A program made the translations under genes and the position numbers. Below are positions 18,119 through 27,341 of a stretch of 64,000 bases of DNA, piece by piece (within the stretch, counting starts at the first letter, position 1; every line of letters starts with the position of its first letter). The DNA is from Thermoplasmata archaeon. GTDB taxonomy: Archaea > Thermoplasmatota > Thermoplasmata > Lutacidiplasmatales > UBA184. The stretch is taken from positions 9,791 to 73,790 of the forward strand of contig DASPQC010000009.1 in the NCBI GenBank assembly GCA_035625165.1. The letters run 5' to 3'. Under the pieces are notes generated by a model, which was given only the letters and a program-made list of their open reading frames with translations, searched no databases and was not told the DNA's origin.

Positions 18119-18558
18119 CGACCGGTGCTGCCGAACCCACCGTTCCGCGAAGGCAGCGGGGCGACCCGACCGACCCGAAAGCGCACCGGACTGTTGACCA
18201 CGAGTCGCACCTGGCCGATCCGGTCGCCGGCCTCGATGCGGTACCGACCGGGAAAGAGGTAGGTGAGGGGCACTCGAACCTCTCCGGAGTAGTCGTGGTC
18301 AATCGTTCCGGGGGCGTTCGCCATCACGACCCCGCGGGTGGAGAGACCGCTCCGCGGTCGGACCTCGAGGAACGTGCCCCGGGGGCAGCGCATCTTAAAG
18401 CCGGTACGGACGAGCGTCACCTTCCCCGATTCGAGGTCCGCAGCCTGCGCGGCGAAGAGGTCGAAGCAGGCGGAGCCCGCGGTCGCTTTCCGAGGGAGCG
18501 GGACGGAGGGGGTGTCGTCCGCCCGCTCGACCACGACCGTTCGGGGGCGGCTCGGCAC
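18115..18558 (-). CDS. dut: dUTP diphosphatase (trimeric dUTPase)
   Basis: Five dUTPase motifs: 'AGSACFDL', 'PRSGLSTRG', 'GTIDHDYSGEV', 'GDRIGQ' and 'RNGGFGSTG'. Confidence 0.85.
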   Translation of the reverse strand: MPSRPRTVVVERADDTPSVPLPRKATAGSACFDLFAAQAADLESGKVTLVRTGFKMRCPRGTFLEVRPRSGLSTRGVVMANAPGTIDHDYSGEVRVPLTYLFPGRYRIEAGDRIGQVRLVVNSPVRFRVGRVAPLPSRNGGFGSTGR

Positions 18559-18583
18559 GGGGGAACGGAGCTCCTCTCGGTCT

Positions 18584-19312
18584 TTACATCTCCCGCGCCG
18601 GGGCGGCGGGGGGCTCCGACTCGGGAACGGTTCCCTCCGCGGCGAGCCATCGGGCGACCAATCGGCCCTCGGCCCTGCGCAGCGCCTTCCCGACCGCGGG
18701 TGCGCTGCGGCCGAACTGTCGGGAGAAACGGGTCAACGTGATGCGGCGAGGGACCGCGTAGTAGCCGAGCACCCAGGCGCGGGCGATGAGCTTCGCCTGG
18801 AGCGGAGTGAGGGAAGAGCCCTCTTCCGAGAGGTAGGGCCGACCCGAGGCGCGTACGATGCGGTACGGGAACTCCTCGCGGTCGAGCCGACGCAGCACGC
18901 GACGAAGGGCGCGTTCCTCCCCGTGGAACGACGCGAGGACCTTCTCCGGGGTGATGCGGAACGGGGCGGTCGGAGCGATCTCGCCGCCCGCGAGGGAGAG
19001 CCAGCGGGCCAGTCGCTCCGGGTTCTTCTGGCGGACGAGGAGGATGTAGTCCCGGGTCCTCGGCCGTCGCTCGACCAGCTCGAAGCTCTCGAGACCGTAG
19101 AGCGCGCGAATCCTCCGGGACTCCTGCTCGAGCTCGGCGGCGGTCTTGAGCGCCCCGCGGCGCCGCACCCTCAGTAGCTGGAGGCGCCACCCCTTCTCGA
19201 GCCGGAGCGTCTCGAGGAGCTCGACCTCCTCGTACTTGTCGAAGAGGCCCGTGGGGATGACCCCGAGCAGGGTCAGGTCCGACGTGCGAAACTCGAGAGA
19301 GACGGACTGCAT
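18584..19312 (-). CDS. HTH_10 (bacterio-opsin-activator-type) DNA-binding protein
   Basis: C-terminal 'LTPLQAKLIARAWVLGYYAVPRRITLTRFSRQFGRSAPAVGKALRRAEGRLV'. Confidence 0.65.
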   Translation of the reverse strand: MQSVSLEFRTSDLTLLGVIPTGLFDKYEEVELLETLRLEKGWRLQLLRVRRRGALKTAAELEQESRRIRALYGLESFELVERRPRTRDYILLVRQKNPERLARWLSLAGGEIAPTAPFRITPEKVLASFHGEERALRRVLRRLDREEFPYRIVRASGRPYLSEEGSSLTPLQAKLIARAWVLGYYAVPRRITLTRFSRQFGRSAPAVGKALRRAEGRLVARWLAAEGTVPESEPPAAPAREM

Positions 19313-19365
19313 CCGCGCGCCGAGCCGAGGTTCCGATATGAACCTTCGGTTCCGGTCGTGGGTCG

Positions 19366-19374
19366 TTTAATAAG
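19366..19374 (+). promoter_or_regulatory. Candidate TATA box for ubiD-ubiA
   Basis: TTTAATAAG centred about 26 nt upstream of GTG 19396. Confidence 0.45.
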
Positions 19375-19395
19375 CGGGACGTTTCGGCGGCGAAC

Positions 19396-20877
19396 GTGAC
19401 GTTCCGGTCGCTCGGCGAGTTCCTCGCCGACCTCGAGTCGAGCGGCGATCTCGTGCGGGTGCGCCGCCCGGTCTCGCGCGACCTTGAGGTAACGGAGGTC
19501 ACTCAGCGGGTCCTCCGCGCTGGCGGTCCCGCCCTCCTGTTCGAGAACGTTCCCGGGGCCTCGATGCCGGTGGTGACCAACCTCCTCGGCCACGCTCGGC
19601 GCATCGCTCGTGGGCTGGGAGCGGCCACGGTGGACGAGGTCGCCGACCGGGTGGAGAAGCTGGTCCACCTGCGCCCTCCGGCGGGCGTGATGGGGGCTCT
19701 GCGGGACCTGGGCGGGACGATCGAGACCCTCTCGACCTTACGGTCCCTCGCGCCGAAGAGGGTCAGCTCGGCCCCCTGCCAGGAGGTCGAGGAGTCGGTC
19801 GTCGACCTAGACCGGCTCCCGATCCTCCGGTGCTGGCCGAAGGACGGAGGCCGAACGATCACGTTCCCCGTCGTCCTCACGAAGGACCCGGACTCGGGGG
19901 AGCTGCACACCGGCGTCTACCGCCTCCAGCAGTACGGTCGCGACACGCTCGGGATGCATTTCCAGGTCCACCGCGTCGGCGCGAACAACTATCGCAAGTG
20001 GGCCGAGCGGGGCGAGCGGATGCCGGTCGCGGCCGCCATCGGCCTCGACCCAGCGAGCATCTTCTCCGGCCTCGCGCCGGTGCCCGAGGGGATCTCGAAC
20101 TTCGTCTTCGCGGGCTTCCTCCGCTCGGAGCCGGTCGAGCTCGCCCCGGCTCGTTCGGTCGACCTCGAGGTCCCGGCCCAGGCCGAGATCGTGCTGGAGG
20201 GCTATGTCGACCCCACGGAGCGAACGGTCGAGGGGCCGTTCGGCGACCACACCGGCTACTACTCGGCTCCCGAGCCGTTCCCCGTGTTCCACGTCACGCG
20301 GGTGACCCACCGCTCCCGCCCGGTCTACCTGGCGACCGTCACCGGGAAGCCGCCGACCGAGGACGCGGTCCTCGGGTCGGCGGTCACGCGAATCTTCCGA
20401 CCGGTGGTGCGCCTCGTCCTCCCCGAACTGGTCGACATGAACCTCCCGACCGAGGGGCTGTTCATCAACGTCGGTGTCGTCTCGATCAAGAAGGCGTACC
20501 CGGACCACCCGCGGAAGGTGATGCACGCCCTCTGGGGGCTGGGCCAGATGATGTTCGTCCGCTACCTCATCGTGGTCGACCACGACGTGGACGTCCACGA
20601 CCTCTCCGAGGTACTCTACCGGGTTGGGCTGCAGGCCGACCCCGCCCGGGACCTCGAACTGGTCCAGGGGCCGGTCGACCAGCTGTCGATCTCGAATGCC
20701 GTTCCCAACGTGGGGGGGAAGGTCGGGGTCGACGCGACGCGCAAGCGCCCGGAGGACGGCTTCCCGCGACCGTGGCCCGAGGAGATCCGCTCTGACCCGG
20801 CGGCCGCGGAGACGGCGGAGCGACTCCTTCGAGAGGAACCGGCACTCGCCCGCTTGTTCTCACGGCCGGCGACGTGA
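19396..20877 (+). CDS. ubiD: UbiD-family (prFMN-dependent) decarboxylase
   Basis: 'ALLFENVPG', 'TGVYRLQQYG' and 'EGPFGDHTGYYS'. GTG start, with a TTTAATAAG box about 26 nt upstream. Confidence 0.9.
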   Translation: MTFRSLGEFLADLESSGDLVRVRRPVSRDLEVTEVTQRVLRAGGPALLFENVPGASMPVVTNLLGHARRIARGLGAATVDEVADRVEKLVHLRPPAGVMGALRDLGGTIETLSTLRSLAPKRVSSAPCQEVEESVVDLDRLPILRCWPKDGGRTITFPVVLTKDPDSGELHTGVYRLQQYGRDTLGMHFQVHRVGANNYRKWAERGERMPVAAAIGLDPASIFSGLAPVPEGISNFVFAGFLRSEPVELAPARSVDLEVPAQAEIVLEGYVDPTERTVEGPFGDHTGYYSAPEPFPVFHVTRVTHRSRPVYLATVTGKPPTEDAVLGSAVTRIFRPVVRLVLPELVDMNLPTEGLFINVGVVSIKKAYPDHPRKVMHALWGLGQMMFVRYLIVVDHDVDVHDLSEVLYRVGLQADPARDLELVQGPVDQLSISNAVPNVGGKVGVDATRKRPEDGFPRPWPEEIRSDPAAAETAERLLREEPALARLFSRPAT

Positions 20878-21764
20878 GCGACTCCCTTCCGACGCCCTCC
20901 CGCGCGGGGGGCGGGCTCGGTCGATTCCTCGAGATCCAGACCCTCGGCCTCAACCTCGCGTTCGCGCTCGCGTTCCTCTTCCTCGCCGCCCACGGTCTCC
21001 CGTCGATCGAAGTGTTCCTCCTCATCGTGGTCGCGTTCGTCGCGGCGCGGAACGCCGGGCACAGCTTCAACCGCTGGGCCGACCGCTACCTGGACGCCGC
21101 GAACCCTCGAACGCGCGACCGGGCGCTCGTCACCGGGGCCCGGTCGGGCGCCTTCGCGCTCTCGTTCGCCGCCGCCAACGGGGCCATCCTGGTCGTGGCG
21201 GCCTACTTCCTCAACTCCCTCGCCTTTTTCCTTGCCCCGGTCGCGCTCCTCCTCGTCTTCGGCTACAGCTACACCAAGCGCGTCACGTCGTTCACGACCG
21301 CCTTCCTCGGCCTCGTCCAAGCGGTCACGCCCGCCGCGGTCTACATTGCGGTCGAAGGGGAGCTTCCGCTCGTCACCCTCCTCGCGGTCTTCGCCCTCCT
21401 CGCTTGGGGCACCGCGTTCGAGACGATCCACAGCTTGGGAGACCTCGACAGCGACCGGGCCCTCGGGCTCTTCTCGCTCCCGCTGAAGCTCGGGGTCCGG
21501 TGGTCGGTCCGCTTGGTTGGGGTCCTCCACGCGGTCGCCCTTCTTCTGCTGGCCGTCTTTGGCGCGGCCCTCGGGCTCACGGCCCCGTACTTTGCCGCGC
21601 TCGTCGCGATGGCCCTACTGACTGCGGCCACCGACCTAAAGCTCGCCGACCGCCCCCTCGAAAGCCGCGTCCCGTTCGAGCGGCACTTCGCCCTCTCGGT
21701 CCTCTTCCTCGCAGGAACGCTGCTCGCGGTGTTCCTGCCGTTCGGACCGGCCGTACGGCTGTAG
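20874..21764 (+). CDS. ubiA: UbiA-family aromatic prenyltransferase
   Basis: First Asp-rich motif 'NRWADRYLDAANPRT', a second 'HSLGDLDSD', and about 8 TM helices. GTGA start/stop overlap with ubiD. Confidence 0.85.
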   Translation: MSDSLPTPSRAGGGLGRFLEIQTLGLNLAFALAFLFLAAHGLPSIEVFLLIVVAFVAARNAGHSFNRWADRYLDAANPRTRDRALVTGARSGAFALSFAAANGAILVVAAYFLNSLAFFLAPVALLLVFGYSYTKRVTSFTTAFLGLVQAVTPAAVYIAVEGELPLVTLLAVFALLAWGTAFETIHSLGDLDSDRALGLFSLPLKLGVRWSVRLVGVLHAVALLLLAVFGAALGLTAPYFAALVAMALLTAATDLKLADRPLESRVPFERHFALSVLFLAGTLLAVFLPFGPAVRL

Positions 21765-21783
21765 CGGTCTCCGCCGTCGGCGG

Positions 21784-21791
21784 ACTAATGA
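21784..21791 (+). promoter_or_regulatory. Candidate TATA box for the small RHH-like ORF / arcS
   Basis: ACTAATGA centred about 30 nt upstream of ATG 21818. Confidence 0.3.
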
Positions 21792-21817
21792 GGGTCGAAA
21801 CGTCAACGGTACGAACC

Positions 21818-22174
21818 ATGCCGCAGGTCATGATCGGGCTCTCCGCCCGGGACTACCGGACGACGAACGAGGTCTGGCGGCTCGCGAAGCGTCACCTGAA
21901 CCCGGCGGTGCGCCGTCGGATCGGGTGGCGCGGCCGCTCGAGCTTTCTCCGCCAGCTGATGCTCTACGGCTTCGAGAAGGCGAGCGAGAACCCCTCCGAG
22001 TTTTTCCGTGAGGTACGGGACGTCCAGGACCCGCTCATCGGGCGGCGCGGCCGGACCGACGCCGGTGCCGACCGACGCGAGTCCCGCCTCGCCGCATGGG
22101 AATCGTTCTTCCCTCCGGGGACGTCGGCGACCCGCGGCCGCCGTCGCGGGACGAAGGCGGACGAAGGTCCGTAG
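21818..22174 (+). CDS. Small hypothetical protein, possibly ribbon-helix-helix DNA-binding
   Basis: 'VMIGLSARDYRTTNEVWRLAKRH...SSFLRQLMLYGFEK' has a beta-alpha-alpha pattern. Codons are GC3-rich. An ACTAATGA box lies about 30 nt upstream of ATG 21818. Confidence 0.4.
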   Translation: MPQVMIGLSARDYRTTNEVWRLAKRHLNPAVRRRIGWRGRSSFLRQLMLYGFEKASENPSEFFREVRDVQDPLIGRRGRTDAGADRRESRLAAWESFFPPGTSATRGRRRGTKADEGP

Positions 22175-22198
22175 CCGCCTTCCTTCGGCAGACCGACC

Positions 22199-24067
22199 AT
22201 GCGGACGGTGGACCGACTCGACGGGCTCAGCCTCTTCGGACGGGCTACCGCGGGCCCGCTGACGATGACGGTGCCCGCGCTCCTCGAGAGCCGGCGCGAG
22301 GGAGAGGGGGGAGACGGGGTCGGCCTCTTCTCGGAGGGGGCGGCCGCGGGCCGCCGCCGCCTAATCCTCCGCTCGGGAGATGAGAGCCTGCTCCTCGACC
22401 TCCCGATTTTGACTCCCGAAGTGAGCGGGGCGGAAGGAGGAGCGTATCCGATCGGGCCCCGGGCGTCGCTCGTGCACGCGCCCCTCCCCCCCTCAGCGAC
22501 CGAGGAGCTGCGGCGCTCCCGACCCGAACTGATCGTCCTCGGGAACGCCCGCGCTCTCTGGGCGGAGGGAGCCCCGTTCGTCCGCGCAGTACGGGAGATT
22601 CGCAACGGGGTCGGTGGAGCTCCGCTCCTTTGGACGCCCCGGGTCGCGCTCCCGAACCGGATCCCGTTCCTCCTCTACGTGGGGGTCGACCTAGTCGACA
22701 CCACGGAGGGTCGGATGGCGGCCGCCCACGGAGACTACCTCCTCCCCCAGTTCGGGACCGGGGACGCACTCGGGTTCCGGGCCGAGGGGGCCTGCCCGTG
22801 CGCCGGATGCACCGGCCGAGAGACGGTCGACCTTGACCTCCACGCGGTCGCGACCTACCGGAGCGCGCTCGCCGAGGCTCGGGCCGCCGCACGGGCCGGG
22901 CGGCTCCGCGAGCTGGTCGAGTCCCGGACGACCTCGGAGTCCGTCCTGGGCGAGCTCCTGAGGTACGCCGACCGGGAGCTGGGGCCTCTGCTCGAGGAGC
23001 GGGCGATGGTCATCGGAACCGGGACCCGGAACTACGTGATCGCGGAGTCTTATCGACGGCCCGAGATGGTCCGGTTCCGCTCCCGGCTCCTCGAGCGGTA
23101 CCGACCCCCGCCATCGAAGGAGGTCCTCCTCCTCGTCCCGTGCTCGAAGACCAAGCCCTATCGCCTCTCGCGGTCGCACCGACGCTTCGCCTTCGCCCTC
23201 GAGGGGCTGCGTCCCCTTGAGCGGCTGCACGTCGTCTCGGTCTCCTCGCCGATCGGGCTCGTCCCGAGGGAACTCGAGGACGTGCCGCCGGCGCGCCACT
23301 ACGACATACCGGTCACCGGCGACTGGTCCGAAACGGAGCGGGGCTTCGTCACGGGCGCGCTCGCCCATCTCCTCCGAGGGGGCCGCTACCGACGGGCGGT
23401 CGTGCATCTCGACCCGGCGGAGTACGGATTCCTCCGCGAGAGCTTTCCACCCACCCTCCCGGTGGAGTGGACGCTCACGGACGACCGGACCACCTCGACT
23501 GAGGCGCTCCGCCTCCTGCGGTCCGCCGCGAGCCGGGCGCTCGAATCGACCTCGCCCGTCCCGGGCGGAGCGCTGGCCGTGGTCCGCGAGGAGCTTCGCG
23601 AGCTCGCCGCGCTCCAGTTCGGGCGCCGTGCCTCCGAGTCGCTCTTCGCCGATCCGGTCCGCCTCGCCGGACGCCCGTGGTTCCAGCGGGTGACCGACGG
23701 TCGTACCGACTTGGCGACCGTCCGGGAGGAGCGAGGGCTCTTCCACCTGACCGTCGCGGGGGCCCGGCGATTGCTCCCTTCCCCTCCGCTCGCGGTCGAG
23801 GTCGACCCTTCCCTCTCGCTCGAGGGGGACCTCTTCGTGCCCGGCGTCCGCGCGGCCGACGACGCGATCCGGGTCGGGGACTCGGTCATCCTCCTGCGCG
23901 ACGGGATGCTCGCCGGCGTCGGCGAGGCGGCGCTCCCCGGCCGCCTGATGAAGGAGCTCGAGCGCGGACTCGCCGTGCGGGTCCGGCACCGGGAACACGG
24001 TCCCACCGACATGGCCATGACCGAGGGTGCCTCTCCCGGCGACCGCGGGCCGGTGGTCCAGCGGTGA
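22199..24067 (+). CDS. arcS: Archaeosine synthase (TgtA2/ArcS-like: TGT-like domain + DUF5591 + PUA)
   Basis: Zinc site 'CPCAGC', DUF5591-type block 'VLLLVPCSKTKPY' and C-terminal PUA 'VGDSVILLRDGMLAGVGEAALPG...GLAVRVRH'. The last 21 nt overlap tRNA-Val. Confidence 0.8.
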   Translation: MRTVDRLDGLSLFGRATAGPLTMTVPALLESRREGEGGDGVGLFSEGAAAGRRRLILRSGDESLLLDLPILTPEVSGAEGGAYPIGPRASLVHAPLPPSATEELRRSRPELIVLGNARALWAEGAPFVRAVREIRNGVGGAPLLWTPRVALPNRIPFLLYVGVDLVDTTEGRMAAAHGDYLLPQFGTGDALGFRAEGACPCAGCTGRETVDLDLHAVATYRSALAEARAAARAGRLRELVESRTTSESVLGELLRYADRELGPLLEERAMVIGTGTRNYVIAESYRRPEMVRFRSRLLERYRPPPSKEVLLLVPCSKTKPYRLSRSHRRFAFALEGLRPLERLHVVSVSSPIGLVPRELEDVPPARHYDIPVTGDWSETERGFVTGALAHLLRGGRYRRAVVHLDPAEYGFLRESFPPTLPVEWTLTDDRTTSTEALRLLRSAASRALESTSPVPGGALAVVREELRELAALQFGRRASESLFADPVRLAGRPWFQRVTDGRTDLATVREERGLFHLTVAGARRLLPSPPLAVEVDPSLSLEGDLFVPGVRAADDAIRVGDSVILLRDGMLAGVGEAALPGRLMKELERGLAVRVRHREHGPTDMAMTEGASPGDRGPVVQR

Positions 24068-24119
24068 AGACGCCGCGCTTACAACGCGGAGGTCGACGGT
24101 TCGAATCCGTCCCGGCCCA
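24047..24119 (+). tRNA. tRNA-Val (anticodon UAC)
   Basis: Hand-folded 73-nt cloverleaf: acceptor GGGCCGG/CCGGCCC, anticodon stem CCGCG/CGCGG with loop CTTACAA, T-arm GACGG-TTCGAAT-CCGTC, discriminator A, G15 present. Confidence 0.9.
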
Positions 24120-25440
24120 TGTCGGCGGAGGGTCGACCCGCGCCCGGTAACGGCGCGATTGGCCGCAGGTCTCCGTCCGCGGGTTCCTCCCGCCGCTCCG
24201 CCCTCCACAGGTCGATGAAGAGGGCGAGGAGGAGCGCGGTCAGGACGACGTCCATCACTTCGCTCGGCCAGACGACCCCATCGTTCCAGGCCCAGACGTT
24301 GAGGGCGAGGCCGTAGTTCAGGGACCCGACCACCCCGACCCCCCAGAGCCACCATCGGGCCCGGGCGCCGGCGAGGACGACCGGGACGAGCCAGATGAGG
24401 ATGTTCACCGAGAGGAATGGCGTCAACAGCGCGAACCCGACCAGCGTGATCGCGACCGCGCGCACGGGGGAACGGACGTAGAGGCAGCAGGCCGCGACCA
24501 GGGCGACGGTCAGGGTGGCCTGGAGGAGCTCGACGCCGAAGGAGGAGGGGAGGGCGTTGTGGAACAGGAGGGGGCCGTAGAGGTTGAGGGAGAACGAGCG
24601 ACGAGTGATCTGGTTCGTGAAGACCGTTTCGAAGAAGGTTCCACCCCAGAGAGCGAAGGAGAGGAGGGTGACGGCCGCGAACGAGACGAGGCCGGCGAAG
24701 AAGACGAGGACCGGCCGGCGGCGGGCGGAGCCCGAGAGGGAGAGGATCGGGAGGAGGTTCGGGAAGCGGGCCGTCGAGAGGAATCCACCGACCGCGGCCG
24801 CGAGCCGCTCGTTCCGGCGGGCGAGGTAGAGGGCGAGGAGCACGGTCGCGGGGACGATGGCATTCGTCGCTCCGTCAATCTGGTAGGCAATGGTCGGGAC
24901 GAAGAGCGGGGAGGCGAGGAGGAAGAGTAGGATGTACGGTCGGTTCCGCTCGGCCAGGAGCGACGTGAGGGGAAGGAGCGCGAGACCGACCGCGCCCCAC
25001 ACGAGGAAAATCCCGGGAAGCCCCCCGAGGCTTCCGAGGGCGTCCAGCAGGACCGCGGCGAGTCCATACGGGACCTCGATGGTCGTGCCGCAATCCGAGA
25101 CGTTGAAGGGGTCGGTCCCGGCCCAGAGCGCACGGCCCTGGTTGAGTTGGCCGATCGGGTCGCTCACGCCGGGCGGATGGCAACCGTACTGGCCGTGAAG
25201 CAGGCCGTAGACGGTGATTGCCCCGAACCAGACCGCCGCGAAGACGAAGAGCGGCTTCCAGTCGAGGTGGCGGGGGTCGGTCCCGGGGAAGAGCTTCGTC
25301 CAGACGGCCCTCACCCCCTCGCGCACCGACGCGGCGCCCGGCGTCGCGAGGAGGAGGACCAACAGGCCGGCGGCGCACAGGAGAGAGAAGGTCCCCCAAG
25401 CCTCCCACAGAGCGAGCGCGGTGCTTAGCCAATCCGTCAT
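24079..25440 (-). CDS. Polytopic integral membrane protein (function unknown; weakly GT-C/DUF2029-like)
   Basis: At least 10 hydrophobic helices and no soluble domain. Start at ATG 25440. The last 41 nt are antisense to tRNA-Val. Confidence 0.6.
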   Translation of the reverse strand: MTDWLSTALALWEAWGTFSLLCAAGLLVLLLATPGAASVREGVRAVWTKLFPGTDPRHLDWKPLFVFAAVWFGAITVYGLLHGQYGCHPPGVSDPIGQLNQGRALWAGTDPFNVSDCGTTIEVPYGLAAVLLDALGSLGGLPGIFLVWGAVGLALLPLTSLLAERNRPYILLFLLASPLFVPTIAYQIDGATNAIVPATVLLALYLARRNERLAAAVGGFLSTARFPNLLPILSLSGSARRRPVLVFFAGLVSFAAVTLLSFALWGGTFFETVFTNQITRRSFSLNLYGPLLFHNALPSSFGVELLQATLTVALVAACCLYVRSPVRAVAITLVGFALLTPFLSVNILIWLVPVVLAGARARWWLWGVGVVGSLNYGLALNVWAWNDGVVWPSEVMDVVLTALLLALFIDLWRAERREEPADGDLRPIAPLPGAGRPSADMGRDGFEPSTSAL

Positions 25441-25671
25441 CCGGGCTCCGGACGGGTCCGCCGGCCGCGCGAAGCCGACCCTGGGTATTTCATGGTTGAG
25501 CTGGCCCCACAGAATCGCCGAAGGGGCGTGGTTTCCGGCGGAACGCGGACGATGGGTGCGCGTCACCGGGCGCGGACGATTAGGCGCTCCGAACCTCCGC
25601 CCCGTAGCCCGCCGGGCCCTCCCGGCGACTTACCGACGCTATTGTCGAAGCTATAGTCTACATCGATTTTC

Positions 25672-25679
25672 TATATATT
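25672..25679 (+). promoter_or_regulatory. Candidate TATA box for the PhoU-like gene
   Basis: TATATATT in an otherwise GC-rich 262-nt intergenic region, centred about 28 nt upstream of ATG 25703 (leaderless geometry). Confidence 0.5.
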
Positions 25680-25702
25680 CGGCCGGCCGCCTGTGTCGGA
25701 CG

Positions 25703-26728
25703 ATGAAGCAGACCGAGACTGAGGGGACCGGGGAGACTGCCCCGGAAAGTTCCCCGGAACCCATCCCCCGCGCCCGCCGGCGCGACCGACCGACCGGACC
25801 GAATTCCCTGCCCGCCCTCCGTCCGGGCGGTGCTTCCCGACCGACCGAGACGGGACCCGCCATCGCGACCCTCGATATCGGCCGAGGAGAGCCGCCCGAG
25901 CATGTGTTCCGCCGGCTCCTCGGCGCCTACCTCGGCGGGGCCCGAGAGTTTGTGCTCCGCGAGCGGCCCCGCATCTCACCGACCACCCGCGAGGTCGTCC
26001 GAACGTTCTGCCGCCGTACTCGCCAACCCGAGATCCTCTCGGACGAGGGGGGCCTCCTGCGCCTTCGCGACCTGGCCTACGACAGTCCGGTTTCCCTTCC
26101 CCAACGGATCGAGCGGATGGGTCGCCTCGTCGTGGAGTTCCACCGTGAGTCGGTCGATGCGTGGGCCCGCCTGCCCCTCGGCGAGGACGGGTACTGGGAA
26201 CGCCGCGACGACGAGATCGACCGGGAGGCGTGGTACATCCAGCGACTTGCCGCCCTCCGCCTGGGGGCGGAGGGACCGAACACGACCCACCTCGGAACTT
26301 GGACGGTCGCGCGCAGCCTCGAACGGATCGCCGACCATGCGGTCACGCTGGGCGAGACCGGCCGCCGGCTGGTCGAGCTCCCGAATGGGGTCGGGCCGAT
26401 CACCCCGCTGAAGCAGTTCCATCGCCAGGCGATGGAGCACCTGGAAGGGGTGCTCGCGGTGACCGATGGGTCGGGCGCCAACGACCTTCTCGACATGGGG
26501 GAGGCGCTGATGGCCTCCGGACGGGCCCTCTCCGAACGGCTGCTGCCCGCGGTCAACGGCATCATGACCCCCCCGGCGACGGCCGCCGCCGTCGCTCGCA
26601 TCCTCGAGTCGATCCAGCGGACGATCGCGTACAGTCAGGACATTGCCCAGGTCGTCCTCGACCGGTCGCTCGCCTTCGTCGCCTCCGAGGAGGGAGAGGG
26701 CGCCCGCCCTCCGGTGCCGGCTATATAG
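25703..26728 (+). CDS. PhoU-domain protein (phosphate-uptake-regulator-like)
   Basis: Two PhoU-type helical repeats containing 'LERIADHAVTLGE' and 'IQRTIAYSQDIAQ', plus a disordered Pro/Glu/Thr-rich N-terminus. ATG 25703 lies 28 nt downstream of TATATATT. Confidence 0.75.
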   Translation: MKQTETEGTGETAPESSPEPIPRARRRDRPTGPNSLPALRPGGASRPTETGPAIATLDIGRGEPPEHVFRRLLGAYLGGAREFVLRERPRISPTTREVVRTFCRRTRQPEILSDEGGLLRLRDLAYDSPVSLPQRIERMGRLVVEFHRESVDAWARLPLGEDGYWERRDDEIDREAWYIQRLAALRLGAEGPNTTHLGTWTVARSLERIADHAVTLGETGRRLVELPNGVGPITPLKQFHRQAMEHLEGVLAVTDGSGANDLLDMGEALMASGRALSERLLPAVNGIMTPPATAAAVARILESIQRTIAYSQDIAQVVLDRSLAFVASEEGEGARPPVPAI

Positions 26729-26804
26729 CCTCCGAACTCGGACGACGCCCATCGGAAGGATTTTCAACCCCGATTCGTTCGACGCCTTCCCTTCCTTGGC
26801 GTCG

Positions 26805-27341
26805 ATGGCACGGCATAACGGCTCGACCAAGAGCGTTCGCGTGGTCGTCTTCCGTCACGGCCCCGCCGAAGACCGCGACCCGGTCCGCTGGCCGAACGAT
26901 GAGCGGCGGCCGCTTACGTCCAAGGGCCGCTCCCAGACCCGACGGGCGGCGAAGGGACTCGCCCGTGTGACCGACCCGGTCTCCCGGGTCGCCTCGAGTG
27001 CGGCCGACCGTGCTGTCTCGTCCGCCCAGATGGTCCGCGCCGCGCTGGACGACCCTCCGAAGCTCGAGACGTGGCCCGAGCTCGCTCCGGGGAACCTCCC
27101 GAGCCCGATCTTCGACCGCCTGAAGCGGTGTGTCCGCTCCGGCGAGGAGGTCCTCCTGGTCGGCCATGAACCGACCCTCGCCGAGTTCGTCGGCCTCGCC
27201 CTGACGGGCGACGGCGCCCCGGTCGTCCGTCTGACGAAAGGGGGCGCCGCTTGCCTCGAGTTCCCGGTCGGGGTGAGGCCGGGCGGAGGACGGCTCGTCT
27301 GGCTGCTCACGCGGAAGCAGCTCGCGGACGGGGCGTCGTAG
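26805..27341 (+). CDS. sixA: Phosphohistidine phosphatase SixA-like (histidine phosphatase superfamily)
   Basis: 'VVVFRHGPAEDR' (RHG motif), 'RPLTSKGRSQ' and 'LLVGHEPTL'. Start at ATG 26805. Confidence 0.7.
   Translation: MARHNGSTKSVRVVVFRHGPAEDRDPVRWPNDERRPLTSKGRSQTRRAAKGLARVTDPVSRVASSAADRAVSSAQMVRAALDDPPKLETWPELAPGNLPSPIFDRLKRCVRSGEEVLLVGHEPTLAEFVGLALTGDGAPVVRLTKGGAACLEFPVGVRPGGGRLVWLLTRKQLADGAS

Noticed and set aside
20624-22174. 516-aa plus-strand ORF spanning ubiA
   Set aside because: Most of it is an alternative frame of ubiD/ubiA. Only the last 118 codons (21818-22174), downstream of the ubiA stop and of an A/T box, are kept as a low-confidence small gene.
22691-24355. 554-aa minus-strand ORF
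   Set aside because: It is antisense to arcS and to tRNA-Val, with shadow-ORF composition.
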